A stretch of 64,000 nt of DNA from Candidatus Dojkabacteria bacterium. Its GTDB lineage: Bacteria; Patescibacteriota; Dojkabacteria; B142; OLB20. Positions 1 through 10,336 of the stretch are shown piece by piece. The notes beneath the pieces are model-generated. The model worked only from the letters and a program-made list of their open reading frames with translations. It made no database searches and was not told where the DNA came from. Within the stretch, counting starts at the first letter, position 1; the number at the start of each line of letters is the position of its first letter. A program made the translations under genes and the position numbers. Where the stretch lies: assembly GCA_030583785.1 (NCBI GenBank), contig CP129475.1, positions 978,209 through 1,042,208 of the forward strand. The letters are read 5' to 3'.

Positions 1-327
1 ATGGATGTTAAGCTGTTTGCTGATGAAGAATTAATGGTCACAATAACCATGTTTCCTGATGTCATGACTCTTGCAAACGAAGATCCGGTAAGATTATTGG
101 CAATGATAGCTAAGTCTTTACTTTATGGATATCATTGCGGACAGATCTATCCGGAACCAGATGCAGGCATCATAGATACTCAAGCAAGTCAGATCGAAGC
201 CTATATTTGGAACATTGGTCTACAACAGAAAACACCGGGTTTCACCTTGACTCCAGATGAACAAGCAATCTATGACTTCTGGATGAACTCAGGTTTTCAG
301 CTTCCCAAAGAAAGGATTATAGTTTGA
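1..327 (+). CDS. hypothetical protein, 5' end truncated by the window start (this is the C-terminal fragment)
   Basis: ORF is open from base 1 and stops at 327. No motif I recognise. Confidence 0.4.
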   Translation: MDVKLFADEELMVTITMFPDVMTLANEDPVRLLAMIAKSLLYGYHCGQIYPEPDAGIIDTQASQIEAYIWNIGLQQKTPGFTLTPDEQAIYDFWMNSGFQLPKERIIV

Positions 328-431
328 CTGTGTTCGTTTGCTGTGCAATAATTACTAAGCGATGAAGATGATATTAAATAACAATAATCAAAATTTACTC
401 TCCTAACGGGGTAGCTTTGATATTGTTCAAG

Positions 432-455
432 ACTCCCCAAACAGGGAGTTTTTTA
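432..455 (+). terminator. putative rho-independent terminator
   Basis: Stem ACTCCC with loop CAAACA then GGGAGT, followed by a TTTTTT run. It sits downstream of the stop at 327 and upstream of tRNA-Asn. Confidence 0.4.
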
Positions 456-465
456 TTTGAAGAGT

Positions 466-538
466 TGGACGATAGCACAATCGGTAGTGCGCCCGGCTGT
501 TAACCGGGGGGTTGCAGGTTCGAATCCTGCTCGTCCAG
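466..538 (+). tRNA. tRNA-Asn (anticodon GTT)
   Basis: Cloverleaf is readable by eye. Acceptor TGGACGA pairs with TCGTCCA, the anticodon stem is CCCGG/CCGGG with loop CTGTTAA, and the T-arm is GCAGG-TTCGAAT-CCTGC. CCA is not encoded. Confidence 0.85.
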
Positions 539-578
539 CTTTGCAGATAAATTCTTAGATTTATGATAGTATCCTTCT

Positions 579-860
579 ATGGCAGTAAATAGAGACATTA
601 CAGAAAAGGTAGCGGACTTAATAAAAATTGCTATTCCATCGTCAGAAATTGATCATTATACATCGCAGTTAAACACTGCCTTGGATCAAGTTGATGTACT
701 TCAAGAGATAAATACGGAATCGACTCCCATAACAGCTCAAACGCATGGGTTAACAAATATTTTTGGAGAAGATCGTGCTTCAGAATCTCTAAATTTAGAT
801 GATTATCACAACAGTAAGAATTTTCGTAAGGGCTATTTTGTAGTCAAGAAAGTCATTTAA
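579..860 (+). CDS. gatC: Asp/Glu-tRNA amidotransferase subunit C
   Basis: 93-aa protein directly upstream of gatA. Its stop overlaps the gatA start (TAATG). Size and synteny match GatC. Confidence 0.8.
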   Translation: MAVNRDITEKVADLIKIAIPSSEIDHYTSQLNTALDQVDVLQEINTESTPITAQTHGLTNIFGEDRASESLNLDDYHNSKNFRKGYFVVKKVI

Positions 861-2305
861 TGGACATAAAAAAAGCCACAATCAAAGATATTCAAGAAGG
901 ACTAATTAACAAGAGCTTCTCAGCGAAAGAACTTGTTCAAGAGTATTTTCACGGAATTAATTCTCGGAATAAAACCATTAATGCTTACATCTACCTAGAT
1001 CAGGAAAGTGCTGAAAAGCAGGCAGAACTTGTAGATGCTAAGCTTAAAAAATCAGAGAAGATACTTCCGCTTGAAGGCGTTCCCGCAGCTTTGAAGGACA
1101 ACTTTAATTTGATCGGAACGCCAACTACTGCAAGCTCTAATATGCTTCGTGATTATATTTCTCCGTATAATGCCACAGTTACAGAAAGGTTAATAAAATC
1201 AGGTGCGCTACTTCTTGGCAAGACTAATATGGATGCTTTTGCACATGGTTCGTCTACCGAGACTTCTGACTTTGGCGTAACTCTCAATCCTTATAATCAA
1301 GAACATGTGGCCGGAGGTTCATCAGGGGGTAGCTCGGCAGCTGTTGCAGCAGATATGTGCTGCTATGCGATTGGTAGCGAGACTGCAGGGTCAGTTAGAG
1401 GTCCGGCAGCTTGGTGCAATCTTTATGGCTTTGCTCCAACATATGGAAGAATTAGTCGCTACGGTGTCGTTGCTATGGGATCATCGCTTGATAGACCGGG
1501 AGTGCTTGCAAATTCTGTTTATGACTGTGCTCTAGTCACAGATTCTGTCAGTGGAAAAGACGAAAAAGATGCAACATCTATTCCAGAAGCAGAAACAACT
1601 TATGCCAACAATCTAGAAGCGGAACTTAACAATAATATAAAACTAGGAATACCCAAACAATTTCTTGATGATCGTATTGATTCGCAAGTTAGAGAACAGG
1701 TGATGCAACAAATAAAAGAGCTCGAAAAGAAGGGTGCAAAACTAATTGAGATCGACCTACTTGATCCAAAATATTCAATTGCAGTTTATACAATAGTTTC
1801 TCGTAGCGAAATATCATCAAATCTGGCAAGGTTGGATGGAATTCGTTATGGACATAGCTCTGAACAAGTTTTAGAAAGCATTATTGAGCAGATAGCTTTA
1901 AACAGATATGAAGGGCTTGGTAATGAGGCGAGGCAAAGGAGCATGACAGGTGCATATGTGCTTTCTGCAGGATACTACGATGCTTATTACAAGAAAGCAC
2001 AGCAAGTAAGAACTTTGATCATCGAAGATTTTAAAAAAGCATTTGCAAAAGTTGATCTTATCATCGGACCGACAATGCCATCGGTTGCACCAAAACTTGG
2101 AGTTACCAGCGGGAATCCGGTCTTTGGAGAGCTAGCAGATATGCTCACTGAACCCAGTGCGCTTGCTGGGTTGCCATGTATATCAGTACCTGCTGGCTTC
2201 AATAATGAAGGACTTCCTATCGGCATGCAGATATTTGGACCACAGTATTCTGAGCAACTGGTCTTAAACACGGCATATTTTTATGAAAAACATTTAGCAA
2301 AATGA
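860..2305 (+). CDS. gatA: Glu-tRNA(Gln)/Asp-tRNA(Asn) amidotransferase subunit A (amidase-signature enzyme)
   Basis: Amidase signature [13 protein letters not shown] and the catalytic Ser motif [12 protein letters not shown]. 481 aa. Confidence 0.92.
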   Translation: MDIKKATIKDIQEGLINKSFSAKELVQEYFHGINSRNKTINAYIYLDQESAEKQAELVDAKLKKSEKILPLEGVPAALKDNFNLIGTPTTASSNMLRDYISPYNATVTERLIKSGALLLGKTNMDAFAHGSSTETSDFGVTLNPYNQEHVAGGSSGGSSAAVAADMCCYAIGSETAGSVRGPAAWCNLYGFAPTYGRISRYGVVAMGSSLDRPGVLANSVYDCALVTDSVSGKDEKDATSIPEAETTYANNLEAELNNNIKLGIPKQFLDDRIDSQVREQVMQQIKELEKKGAKLIEIDLLDPKYSIAVYTIVSRSEISSNLARLDGIRYGHSSEQVLESIIEQIALNRYEGLGNEARQRSMTGAYVLSAGYYDAYYKKAQQVRTLIIEDFKKAFAKVDLIIGPTMPSVAPKLGVTSGNPVFGELADMLTEPSALAGLPCISVPAGFNNEGLPIGMQIFGPQYSEQLVLNTAYFYEKHLAK

Positions 2306-3747
2306 ACAAAGAGTTTGAATTTGTGATTGGACTCGAAGTCCATTTACAGGCAAAAACTGAATCAAAAATGTTTTGTAGATGCGCCGCAGATTATTTCGGA
2401 CAAAAACCGAATTCGAGGGTTTGTCCTGTCTGTTTGGGCTTGCCTGGTGCTCTTCCTGTTCCAAATGCACTAGCAGTAAAAAAATGTCTTAGTCTTTGCC
2501 TCGCAACGAATTGTCAAATAAACAAGATTAGTAAGTTTGACCGCAAAAACTACTTCTATCCAGATTTACCTAAGGGATATCAAATATCACAGTATGATTT
2601 GCCACTTGGTGAAAATGGATTCTTAGAATTCGATGTAGACAGCGATTCGCGCAGGGTCAGGATTCGTCGCATTCATTTAGAAGAAGATACTGGAAAATCG
2701 ATGCACACAAACGAAGAAACTTTGCTTGATTTTAATAAGTCCGGAATACCATTAATTGAAATTGTTACAGAACCAGATTTCGTCGATATAGAAGAAGTAC
2801 TGGCCTTTGCTAAAAGATTAAGGCAAACAGTTCGTTACCTTGGCATCAGCAATGCTGATATGGAAAAGGGGCAAATGCGTTACGAACTTAACATGTCGCT
2901 TAGAAAAGTCGGCAGTCAAAAGCTACCCCAGTACAAAGTAGAAGTTAAAAACATCGGCTCAATATCCGTTTTAGAAAAGGTAATAAAGTACGAGTTCGAC
3001 CGACAGGCAGACATTCTTGCTTCTGGTAAGCTTCCAACGCAAGAAACACGAGGTCTTCGTGACTTAAGTGGAAAAACCTACTCGCAAAGAATCAAAGAAG
3101 ACGCAGATGATTATCGATATTTCCCGGAGCCAGATATACCTCCAATGCACTTTTCAGATGAATACCTAGAAGAAATTAAGAGCACTATTTGTGAACTGCC
3201 ACAGGCAAGAAAGCATCGATATGTATTTGATTACAAATTAGAACCCGATACTGCAGAAGTGTTGATAACTTCCAAGGTCCGATCCGATTGGTTTGAAGAA
3301 GCTATTGAGAAGATTAAAGACACAGCCTTAATTAAAGAGATTGCAAAATGGCTGATAAAAGATGTTAACGCCATTATTAAAGAGCAGAAGCTCAAGCTAA
3401 GTGAGCTTAAATTTACTCCCAAGCAGTTCTCTCAATTAGTAGAGATGCTTTATCAGAAGAAACTATCAGGCACTCTGGCAAAACAGGTTTTAGCAGAGAT
3501 GAATTCTACTGGAGATGAACCCGAAGCTATTGTTAATAGAAAGGGACTAAGTATTATGGCAGATGAAACCGAACTGATCAAGGTTATAAAAACAGTCTTC
3601 AAAGATAACGCAAATGTTGTTGGCGATACAAAGAAAAATCCCAATGCCGCCAAGTTCTTATTAGGACAAGTCATGAAGGCCACAAAAGGTAAAGCAGATC
3701 CAGCAGAGAGCGCAAGATTAATCGCAGATTTGTTATCAAAAGAATAA
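2302..3747 (+). CDS. gatB: Asp/Glu-tRNA amidotransferase subunit B
   Basis: N-terminus reads [17 protein letters not shown], and the C-terminus carries a GatB/YqeY domain. Start overlaps the gatA stop (ATGA). Confidence 0.92.
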   Translation: MNKEFEFVIGLEVHLQAKTESKMFCRCAADYFGQKPNSRVCPVCLGLPGALPVPNALAVKKCLSLCLATNCQINKISKFDRKNYFYPDLPKGYQISQYDLPLGENGFLEFDVDSDSRRVRIRRIHLEEDTGKSMHTNEETLLDFNKSGIPLIEIVTEPDFVDIEEVLAFAKRLRQTVRYLGISNADMEKGQMRYELNMSLRKVGSQKLPQYKVEVKNIGSISVLEKVIKYEFDRQADILASGKLPTQETRGLRDLSGKTYSQRIKEDADDYRYFPEPDIPPMHFSDEYLEEIKSTICELPQARKHRYVFDYKLEPDTAEVLITSKVRSDWFEEAIEKIKDTALIKEIAKWLIKDVNAIIKEQKLKLSELKFTPKQFSQLVEMLYQKKLSGTLAKQVLAEMNSTGDEPEAIVNRKGLSIMADETELIKVIKTVFKDNANVVGDTKKNPNAAKFLLGQVMKATKGKADPAESARLIADLLSKE

Positions 3748-3776
3748 GCACCTGCTATACTTTCCGTAAATTAATA

Positions 3777-4430
3777 TTGAATATGAACAAATTCAGTCTG
3801 CTTACGATTTTGTCTGTAATTACACTTAGTTTTTCGCTATTAGCAATTGATATTGCTACTGCACAAGAAGTTATAGAAACCGAACAAATCGGGCAAGGTG
3901 AAACTCCAAGAATTATTGACCCTGGTCTTGTTCCCAGAATGAGCTTTTCTCCAATTCAGACTTGGCCTGAAAAAAAAATCACTGTAATCATCGATATTGA
4001 TTCCAAAATTGATTCCGATCGCGTGAGTGTGGATTGGGTCAACTTCCCGGCCTCGACCTTTTTAATACAAGGACCATTTCAGGATGTTGTTTCTGTTCGT
4101 GCCGGTCAAACAACAAGACTCGAAAAAGATTTCATTGTCAGACCAGGATTGTTAAAACTGAACGAAAGCAACAAAGAAGTCTATTTCGGCATAAGAGTAA
4201 ATGCCTTTGTTGCAGATGTAAACTATCTTAGCTCAATTGAAGAGAAGCAACTATTTAACTCTGACTATGAACTGCTTCCGATTTCTGATCAATACGCGAC
4301 TAGTAAGATCCTTTCTACTGTTGCTAATTATGCTCTCGTGATCATCTGTATTGGAATTATTGTAGGGATTATTTATATCGTCGTTAAAAAAATCAGAACT
4401 TATGTTAATACCCCGGATCTTGAGACTTAA
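3777..4430 (+). CDS. secreted protein, C-terminally membrane-anchored, unknown function
   Basis: N-terminal signal peptide. The C-terminus reads LLPISDQYA, then a hydrophobic helix, then KKIR. It shares the ISD-type C-terminal motif with the two Cys-rich proteins at 12.7-16.3 kb. Confidence 0.55.
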   Translation: MNMNKFSLLTILSVITLSFSLLAIDIATAQEVIETEQIGQGETPRIIDPGLVPRMSFSPIQTWPEKKITVIIDIDSKIDSDRVSVDWVNFPASTFLIQGPFQDVVSVRAGQTTRLEKDFIVRPGLLKLNESNKEVYFGIRVNAFVADVNYLSSIEEKQLFNSDYELLPISDQYATSKILSTVANYALVIICIGIIVGIIYIVVKKIRTYVNTPDLET

Positions 4431-4464
4431 GTAATATTTCATCTTCACCTGCTAGTATTTACTC

Positions 4465-6174
4465 ATGGTATGGAATCTTCTCACACAAGTCCCAGACGAA
4501 ATAAGTATTCAATTAAAGGAATACGAGCCGATAGTTCGACAACTTCTCTATAACCGAAAAATCACAGATTTAGAAACAGCAGAGAATTTTTTTTCACCAA
4601 GTCTTGATCAGCTTCTAAGTCCATTCAATCTTCCAGATATTCAAAAGGCGGTTAACACAATTCTTTATGCAATTAAGTCCAAACAAAAAATCTTTGTCTA
4701 TGGCGACTATGATGTTGACGGGGTATGTGCAACAACAATTGTGTTCGACTTTCTTTACAGAAGACTACAAGCAGATGTGGTTCCATACATTCCAGATAGA
4801 TTCGTCGAGGGTTATGGTCTCTCAAAGGCCGGTTTAGATACAATTATCAGGCAAAAAGGACAGCTAATAATCACAGTCGATTGCGGAATTCGGGATATTG
4901 AACTTGTGTCAAAATATTCTAAAAAAGGGCTCGACTTCATTATTTCTGATCATCACGAGTTGCCAGAAGTCAAAGGGAAGATTACCTTTCCAGAAAAAGC
5001 TTTAGCGGTTGTTCATCCCAAAAGGCCAGATTCAGATTATAAGTTTAAAGAAATATCCGGAGCAGGCGTTGCCTATAAACTTATGTGCGCCCTTGAAGAA
5101 ACTGCTTATGAACAGAAATTACTTCATGAAAAACGGGCAACAACCGACTACCTAGATTTAGTCGCACTTTCAACTGTCTGCGATGTTATGCCACTCGTCT
5201 CAGAAAACAGAACCTTAGTTTCGTCTGGCATAGACAAGATTCGCGAAAATCCCAATAAAGGTATTGCTGCTTTGCTAAATATTGCTCAAGTACAAAGAAA
5301 CGAAATCTCCACATACCATCTGGGCTATATTCTCGGTCCAAGAATCAATGCGGGAGGTCGAATATCTAAAGCCATAGACGGGGTTCGCCTTATGAGCAGT
5401 CATAACCAAAATACCATTAGCAAAGTTGCAGAAGAACTCGATCTATTAAACAAAGAAAGGCAAAAACAAACTTTAGAAACGATGCAATCGGCCGAAAAAT
5501 TCATTGAAGGGAAGATTCCTAAACTGATTTTCATAGCACAACCAGATTGGTCCGAAGGGATTGTAGGGCTCGTAGCTGGCAAGCTAAGCCAAAGTTATTA
5601 CAGGCCAACACTTGTGGCAACAATCCTTGAAGACAAGGTAAAAGGATCGGCAAGAAGCGTGCCTGGATTTAATATCACAGAGGCAATTGCCAATAGCGCA
5701 AATAAGCTTACCAGATTCGGCGGTCACGAACAGGCAGCAGGCTTCTCTCTAAAAAGGGATAATCTAGAAGATTTTATGAACGAAATTACAGAATATGTTA
5801 ATACCAATCTATCCGAAACAGATCTAGTGCAGACATTAAGAATTGATGCAGAACTAAACCTATCTGAGATTAACTTTGATCTAATAGATAGTATAAACAG
5901 GTTCGAACCCTTTGGGCATGGGAATAATACACCATTATTCTGTGTCCGTAATATTCCAATAAAGAATGTATTCACTTTAGGTAAAAATTTGGAACATGTA
6001 AAAATTGTTACGCACAATGCTAATGGCTTAGAATTAATTGGCTTTGGTATGTCAGATAGATACGAAGAGTTAAAGCATTGTGTTAAGATTGATGCAGTCG
6101 GTCATTTAAGCACTAATACTTGGCGCGACAAAAAGACTATTCAATTAGTTATTAAAGATTTCATTAATGTTTAG
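4465..6174 (+). CDS. recJ: single-stranded-DNA-specific exonuclease RecJ
   Basis: DHH phosphoesterase motifs (VYGDYDVDG and IISDHH) followed by a DHHA1 domain. 569 aa. Confidence 0.9.
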   Translation: MVWNLLTQVPDEISIQLKEYEPIVRQLLYNRKITDLETAENFFSPSLDQLLSPFNLPDIQKAVNTILYAIKSKQKIFVYGDYDVDGVCATTIVFDFLYRRLQADVVPYIPDRFVEGYGLSKAGLDTIIRQKGQLIITVDCGIRDIELVSKYSKKGLDFIISDHHELPEVKGKITFPEKALAVVHPKRPDSDYKFKEISGAGVAYKLMCALEETAYEQKLLHEKRATTDYLDLVALSTVCDVMPLVSENRTLVSSGIDKIRENPNKGIAALLNIAQVQRNEISTYHLGYILGPRINAGGRISKAIDGVRLMSSHNQNTISKVAEELDLLNKERQKQTLETMQSAEKFIEGKIPKLIFIAQPDWSEGIVGLVAGKLSQSYYRPTLVATILEDKVKGSARSVPGFNITEAIANSANKLTRFGGHEQAAGFSLKRDNLEDFMNEITEYVNTNLSETDLVQTLRIDAELNLSEINFDLIDSINRFEPFGHGNNTPLFCVRNIPIKNVFTLGKNLEHVKIVTHNANGLELIGFGMSDRYEELKHCVKIDAVGHLSTNTWRDKKTIQLVIKDFINV

Positions 6175-6688
6175 CCGAGTTGCCAATTACATCAGTAATA
6201 ACTTCTACAATGTTTTCCTTACAGGATTAGTAATTCTTAACATCGCTCCATTGCTCGCACCTGTATTTGCACATTTGGGCTGGAATGCTCCTGCAAGTAT
6301 TATTTACAATATCTACTCATTTTTTTGTCATCAATTCGGATGGAGGAGTATTCATATCTTTGATTATCAATGCGCCTGGTGTGCTAGAGATATGTTTATC
6401 TGGGGATCTTTCTTGTTTATCGCAGTTTTAGTTAAGATAAGAAAAGTTAAGGGTATTAAGTGGTACTGGATAATACCTTTTACAATTCCTATTGCTTTAG
6501 ATGGTGTAATTCAAACAATAGCAACATTATTCGGTTACAATTCTGCAGATCCTTATTACCAAAGTTCCAATCCGATCCGTATGTTAACGGGTGCAATCTT
6601 CGGAACAGGTCTAGGACTGGCAATGTTGCCAATGTTGCGAGGACTTACAACCGACGAAAAAAAAGTTACTAATGCAAGCAATGATTAA
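6167..6688 (+). CDS. small polytopic membrane protein (DUF2085-like)
   Basis: About four hydrophobic helices with a Cys/His-containing loop. Overlaps the recJ stop by 8 nt. Confidence 0.5.
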   Translation: MFSRVANYISNNFYNVFLTGLVILNIAPLLAPVFAHLGWNAPASIIYNIYSFFCHQFGWRSIHIFDYQCAWCARDMFIWGSFLFIAVLVKIRKVKGIKWYWIIPFTIPIALDGVIQTIATLFGYNSADPYYQSSNPIRMLTGAIFGTGLGLAMLPMLRGLTTDEKKVTNASND

Positions 6689-6899
6689 TAAAGATTTATC
6701 AAAGCAAAATAATAACGAGATGCCTGCTTGGCAGGCTGCATTGTTATCGATAGTTTCAATGGTAATAATTTATGTAGTTTTTATACAGCTTTGGATTCTT
6801 ACATCAAACAAGTATTTGCCAAGCGAAGACTTTGATTTTTCCGTTAAAACTCCTGCGTATAAAGAACAGTGGTTTGTTAGACGCGAAAATTCTCAGTAG
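6672..6899 (+). CDS. small membrane protein, hypothetical
   Basis: 75 aa with a single TM helix. Weakly supported ORF. Confidence 0.3.
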   Translation: MQAMINKDLSKQNNNEMPAWQAALLSIVSMVIIYVVFIQLWILTSNKYLPSEDFDFSVKTPAYKEQWFVRRENSQ

Positions 6900-6902
6900 A
6901 TA

Positions 6903-8258
6903 TTACACAGCAAGTGGATACCTCTGGCATAGCTCTTTAACTTCGACAGCAACTGTTTTAATTTTTGCATCATCTTTTGCCTGCTTGTCAAAATCTTCAA
7001 AGTCGCTGCTTTCGTAGGTACTAATTATTGAACCGACTCTGCTGATCCAATTTGCAATTTTTTGCATATCTTTTTCTTTGAGTCCTCTCGTTGTAATCCA
7101 AGGGGTTCCAAGTCTAAGAGCAGAAGGGTTTGCAGGTGGATTTGTTTCTTGAGGCATTGTGTTCATGTTGGTAACGATGCCTGCATAATCTAAGGCTCTG
7201 GCAAGTTCTTTGCCTTTGTAGGATTTCTCTGAAAGGTCGATTAAGAGCAGGTGTTTGTCTGTGCCACCACTAACAATATTGAAACCTTCCTTGATAAGTT
7301 CTGCTGAGAGAGCTTGAGCATTAATAACAATCTGTTTTGCGTATTTCTTAAACTCTGGTTGCATAGCCTCGTAAAGGCCTACTGCTATTCCTGCAATCGT
7401 ATGATTGTGCGGACCACCCTGTAATCCTGGAAAGACTGCTCTATCAATTTTTGCCATCAGTTCTTTTTTGGCAAGAATTATTGCTCCTCTAGTTGCTCGA
7501 AGTGTCTTATGTGTAGTGAATGTGACGACATCGGCAATTCCCACTGGCGATTTGTTAACACCTGCTGCTACTAATCCTGCTTCGTGTGCAATATCTGCCA
7601 GATAATACGCCCCGACTTTATCAGCAATTTCTCGCATTCTTTTATAGTCAATCTCTCTTGGGTATGCGGTTCCCCCTGTGATAATAAGCTTGGGTTTTAC
7701 TTCTAGAGCAATTTTTTCGACTGCGTCGTAGTCAAAAAGTCTTGTCTTGGGATCTGTTTTATACTGAATACTATTAAAGAACCTAGAGGTAATGTTAACT
7801 TTTCTGCTTCCGCCGACATACTTAAGGATATTATGATCTTGTTTGGATTTTGGTTCGTAAGACCATCCGTGCGAAAGGTGTCCTCCGTCTGGAAGATACA
7901 TCCCCATAATCGTGTCTCCCGGTTCAAGTAGCCCAAGGTAAACAGCTAGGTTTGCTGCACTTCCTGAGAGCGTCTGAACATTGACTGCCCAGTCTGATGG
8001 AAGGTTGAAAAGCTTGGTCGCTCTTTCGATGGCAAGTAGTTCAAGCTTATCAATATTCTCATTGCCTTCGTAATATCTTTTGTGCGGATATCCTTCTGAA
8101 TATTTATTCATAAATACAGATCCAACTGCTTCTCTAACTGCTACTGACGAAAAATTCTCAGAAGGGATCATTGATAGTTTATTTTGTTGCCTATCGATTT
8201 CGTCTCGAAGTATTTGATAAAGCTCGGGATCAGCAGATTTTAATATTTGTTTTGTCAT
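6903..8258 (-). CDS. glyA: serine hydroxymethyltransferase
   Basis: PLP-lysine motif TTHKTLRATRG and the N-terminal SENF/EGYP motifs. Carries an insertion of about 20 aa and a C-terminal extension, for 451 aa total. Confidence 0.93.
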   Translation of the reverse strand: MTKQILKSADPELYQILRDEIDRQQNKLSMIPSENFSSVAVREAVGSVFMNKYSEGYPHKRYYEGNENIDKLELLAIERATKLFNLPSDWAVNVQTLSGSAANLAVYLGLLEPGDTIMGMYLPDGGHLSHGWSYEPKSKQDHNILKYVGGSRKVNITSRFFNSIQYKTDPKTRLFDYDAVEKIALEVKPKLIITGGTAYPREIDYKRMREIADKVGAYYLADIAHEAGLVAAGVNKSPVGIADVVTFTTHKTLRATRGAIILAKKELMAKIDRAVFPGLQGGPHNHTIAGIAVGLYEAMQPEFKKYAKQIVINAQALSAELIKEGFNIVSGGTDKHLLLIDLSEKSYKGKELARALDYAGIVTNMNTMPQETNPPANPSALRLGTPWITTRGLKEKDMQKIANWISRVGSIISTYESSDFEDFDKQAKDDAKIKTVAVEVKELCQRYPLAV

Positions 8259-8332
8259 GATACTATTGGTTTAGTTCCACTAAAGTATGATCTGGAGTTA
8301 ATATAACATTTGTAACAAGTTAAATTAAAGCG

Positions 8333-10336
8333 ATGACTGATATTGGTGCTTTCATTCTTTGGTATCTGGCTTCAATCCTGCTAGGCTTTATCGGGCTTCC
8401 TTTAAGCAATTTTCTTTTTCCTAAATGGAAGGATAGGGGATACATTTTTGCTAAAGCAATCGGACTTTTTATCATCGCGATGCCTTTATGGTTGCTTGTT
8501 TCGTTAAGGATAATTGAGTTTAGTGTTGTCTCTGTTTGGATCGCATTCTTTATCGGAATTACGCTTTCTTTCTTTGCTCTTCGCAAGCAGAACTTCAAAA
8601 TCAACAAGATGATGCTTTTTCAGGAGTTCTACTTTCTTACTGTGCTAGCAATTTGGGCTTATATCAGATCGTTTAATTCTCAAATTCAAGGTACAGAAAA
8701 ATTCATGAACCTTGCTTTTATGAACAGTATTGATCAATCAGGGTTCTTTCCTCCTTCAGATCCTTGGTATTCAGGTGGAACCATCAATTACTATTATCTA
8801 GGACATTATATGCAGGTGTTCATCGGTAAGCTTGTTGGGATCACTACAGGGTATACATACTCGCTTGCTCTAGTAACAATCATTGCCCAATTAAGTGTTT
8901 CGGTATTCTCTATCATTTACCGACTTTGCGGATTTGTCAAAGAGCCCTTGGCAGCGCGCATCGCTTTCCTAGGCTCTCTCTGGGTAAGTTTTGGCGGGAA
9001 TATGCATTATCCGTTTATGTACATTCAAAGTCTAATAAACGGTACCGAATTTAAGTACTTCTTTCCTGATCCGACAAGAATCATTCCGTTTGCCATAGAT
9101 GAATTTCCTGCTTACAGCATTGCTTTAGGCGATTTACATGGTCATTATATTGTGCTTCCTTACTTTATTCTGGCTGTAGCCTTGTTTGTGCAATCACGAA
9201 CAATTGCTCTAGGAAGCAAGAAGAAGTTAATTTTCAATGCAATTGCCTCACTATTCATAGTTTCGTTATATGGAATAAATAGTTGGGACGCAATTACTGT
9301 GATTTTTATGTTTAGTCTATTGCATTTGTATCAGGCCTTCGAAGCAGGCAAGAAAATTAAGAAATCCATTTACGAATTCTTGTTGGCGCAGATTGTATTA
9401 ATTCTTCCTGGAATAATTCTTATGTTGCCTTATATCCTTAACTTCCAACCTGCCGTTGGAGGTTTGGGTTTTGTTCCATTTGATCGCAGAAGTCCTATCG
9501 GTCCATGGTTACTTATGTGGGGTTTCTTTTTAATTCCAACAATTCTCTTCTTATTATCGGTTATTCGTAAAAAGATAGCTGTCAAAACTGCAAACATAGC
9601 TCCGATTCTGCTTTTTGTATGTGCTTCCTGTTTAATATTTGGAGTAGAGGTTTTGTATTTCAGAGATATCTTTGTGCAATCCAATTTTAACTACTTCCGC
9701 ACGAATACTGTTTTTAAGTTTTATTATCATGCATGGATTCTTTGGGGAATAGCGGCTAGCTGGTTTGTATTTGCATTAATCAATAAATCGCTATATAGAC
9801 CGGTTATTAAAAAGGCCATTTTATTTGGTTTTGTAGTTTTAGTGTCTTCTTCTGTTGTCTATATTCAAAAGGCTGTTAATGATTTCTATCCGTTGAATAA
9901 TCCTGGGATAGTAGCTCTCGACGGAACAAAATATCTTGAAACAAACCATCTACCTGATTATCTAGCTATAAGCTGGCTTAGAGATAACTTGTCAGGCCAG
10001 CCCGTAGTTCTAGAGGCGGTTGGGGAAGCATACACATATTCTGCGCGAATCAGCACCCATACAGGTTTCCCGACTGTGATGGGCTGGCCGACCCATCAGT
10101 GGCAATGGCGAGGAAACGCTAATCTTGCCTTCTCAAGATCAGACGATGTTAGAACAATTTACACAACAGATTCAGAAGAAGTTTTACGGACTTTGCTTGC
10201 AAAATACGAAGTTGAATACATTCTGGTTGGTGGAGAGGAAAGGCTAAAATACACGGAACTTAACACAAGTTTATTCTCAAGATTGTTTAAGCTTGTCTAT
10301 AATGAGAACTCAACTGCGATTTATAAAGTTGATTGA
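8333..10336 (+). CDS. large integral membrane protein, Chlor_Arch_YYY / DUF2298 family (GT-C-like)
   Basis: More than 12 TM helices with the family-typical motif GGTINYYYLGHY. 667 aa. Confidence 0.6.
   Translation: MTDIGAFILWYLASILLGFIGLPLSNFLFPKWKDRGYIFAKAIGLFIIAMPLWLLVSLRIIEFSVVSVWIAFFIGITLSFFALRKQNFKINKMMLFQEFYFLTVLAIWAYIRSFNSQIQGTEKFMNLAFMNSIDQSGFFPPSDPWYSGGTINYYYLGHYMQVFIGKLVGITTGYTYSLALVTIIAQLSVSVFSIIYRLCGFVKEPLAARIAFLGSLWVSFGGNMHYPFMYIQSLINGTEFKYFFPDPTRIIPFAIDEFPAYSIALGDLHGHYIVLPYFILAVALFVQSRTIALGSKKKLIFNAIASLFIVSLYGINSWDAITVIFMFSLLHLYQAFEAGKKIKKSIYEFLLAQIVLILPGIILMLPYILNFQPAVGGLGFVPFDRRSPIGPWLLMWGFFLIPTILFLLSVIRKKIAVKTANIAPILLFVCASCLIFGVEVLYFRDIFVQSNFNYFRTNTVFKFYYHAWILWGIAASWFVFALINKSLYRPVIKKAILFGFVVLVSSSVVYIQKAVNDFYPLNNPGIVALDGTKYLETNHLPDYLAISWLRDNLSGQPVVLEAVGEAYTYSARISTHTGFPTVMGWPTHQWQWRGNANLAFSRSDDVRTIYTTDSEEVLRTLLAKYEVEYILVGGEERLKYTELNTSLFSRLFKLVYNENSTAIYKVD

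Noticed and set aside
540-570. Promoter-like TTGCAG / TATGAT elements between tRNA-Asn and gatC
   Set aside because: Spacing is suboptimal at about 15 nt, and the region may simply be read through from the tRNA. Too weak to annotate as a feature.
1305-2271. Internal or antisense ORFs within gatA (1305..1535 + and 1987..2271 -), and similar short ORFs inside gatB, recJ, glyA, the LCP gene, zwf, sufB and the Clp ATPase gene
   Set aside because: Each lies fully inside a confidently identified conserved gene in another frame or on the other strand. They have no motifs and are typical spurious ORFs.
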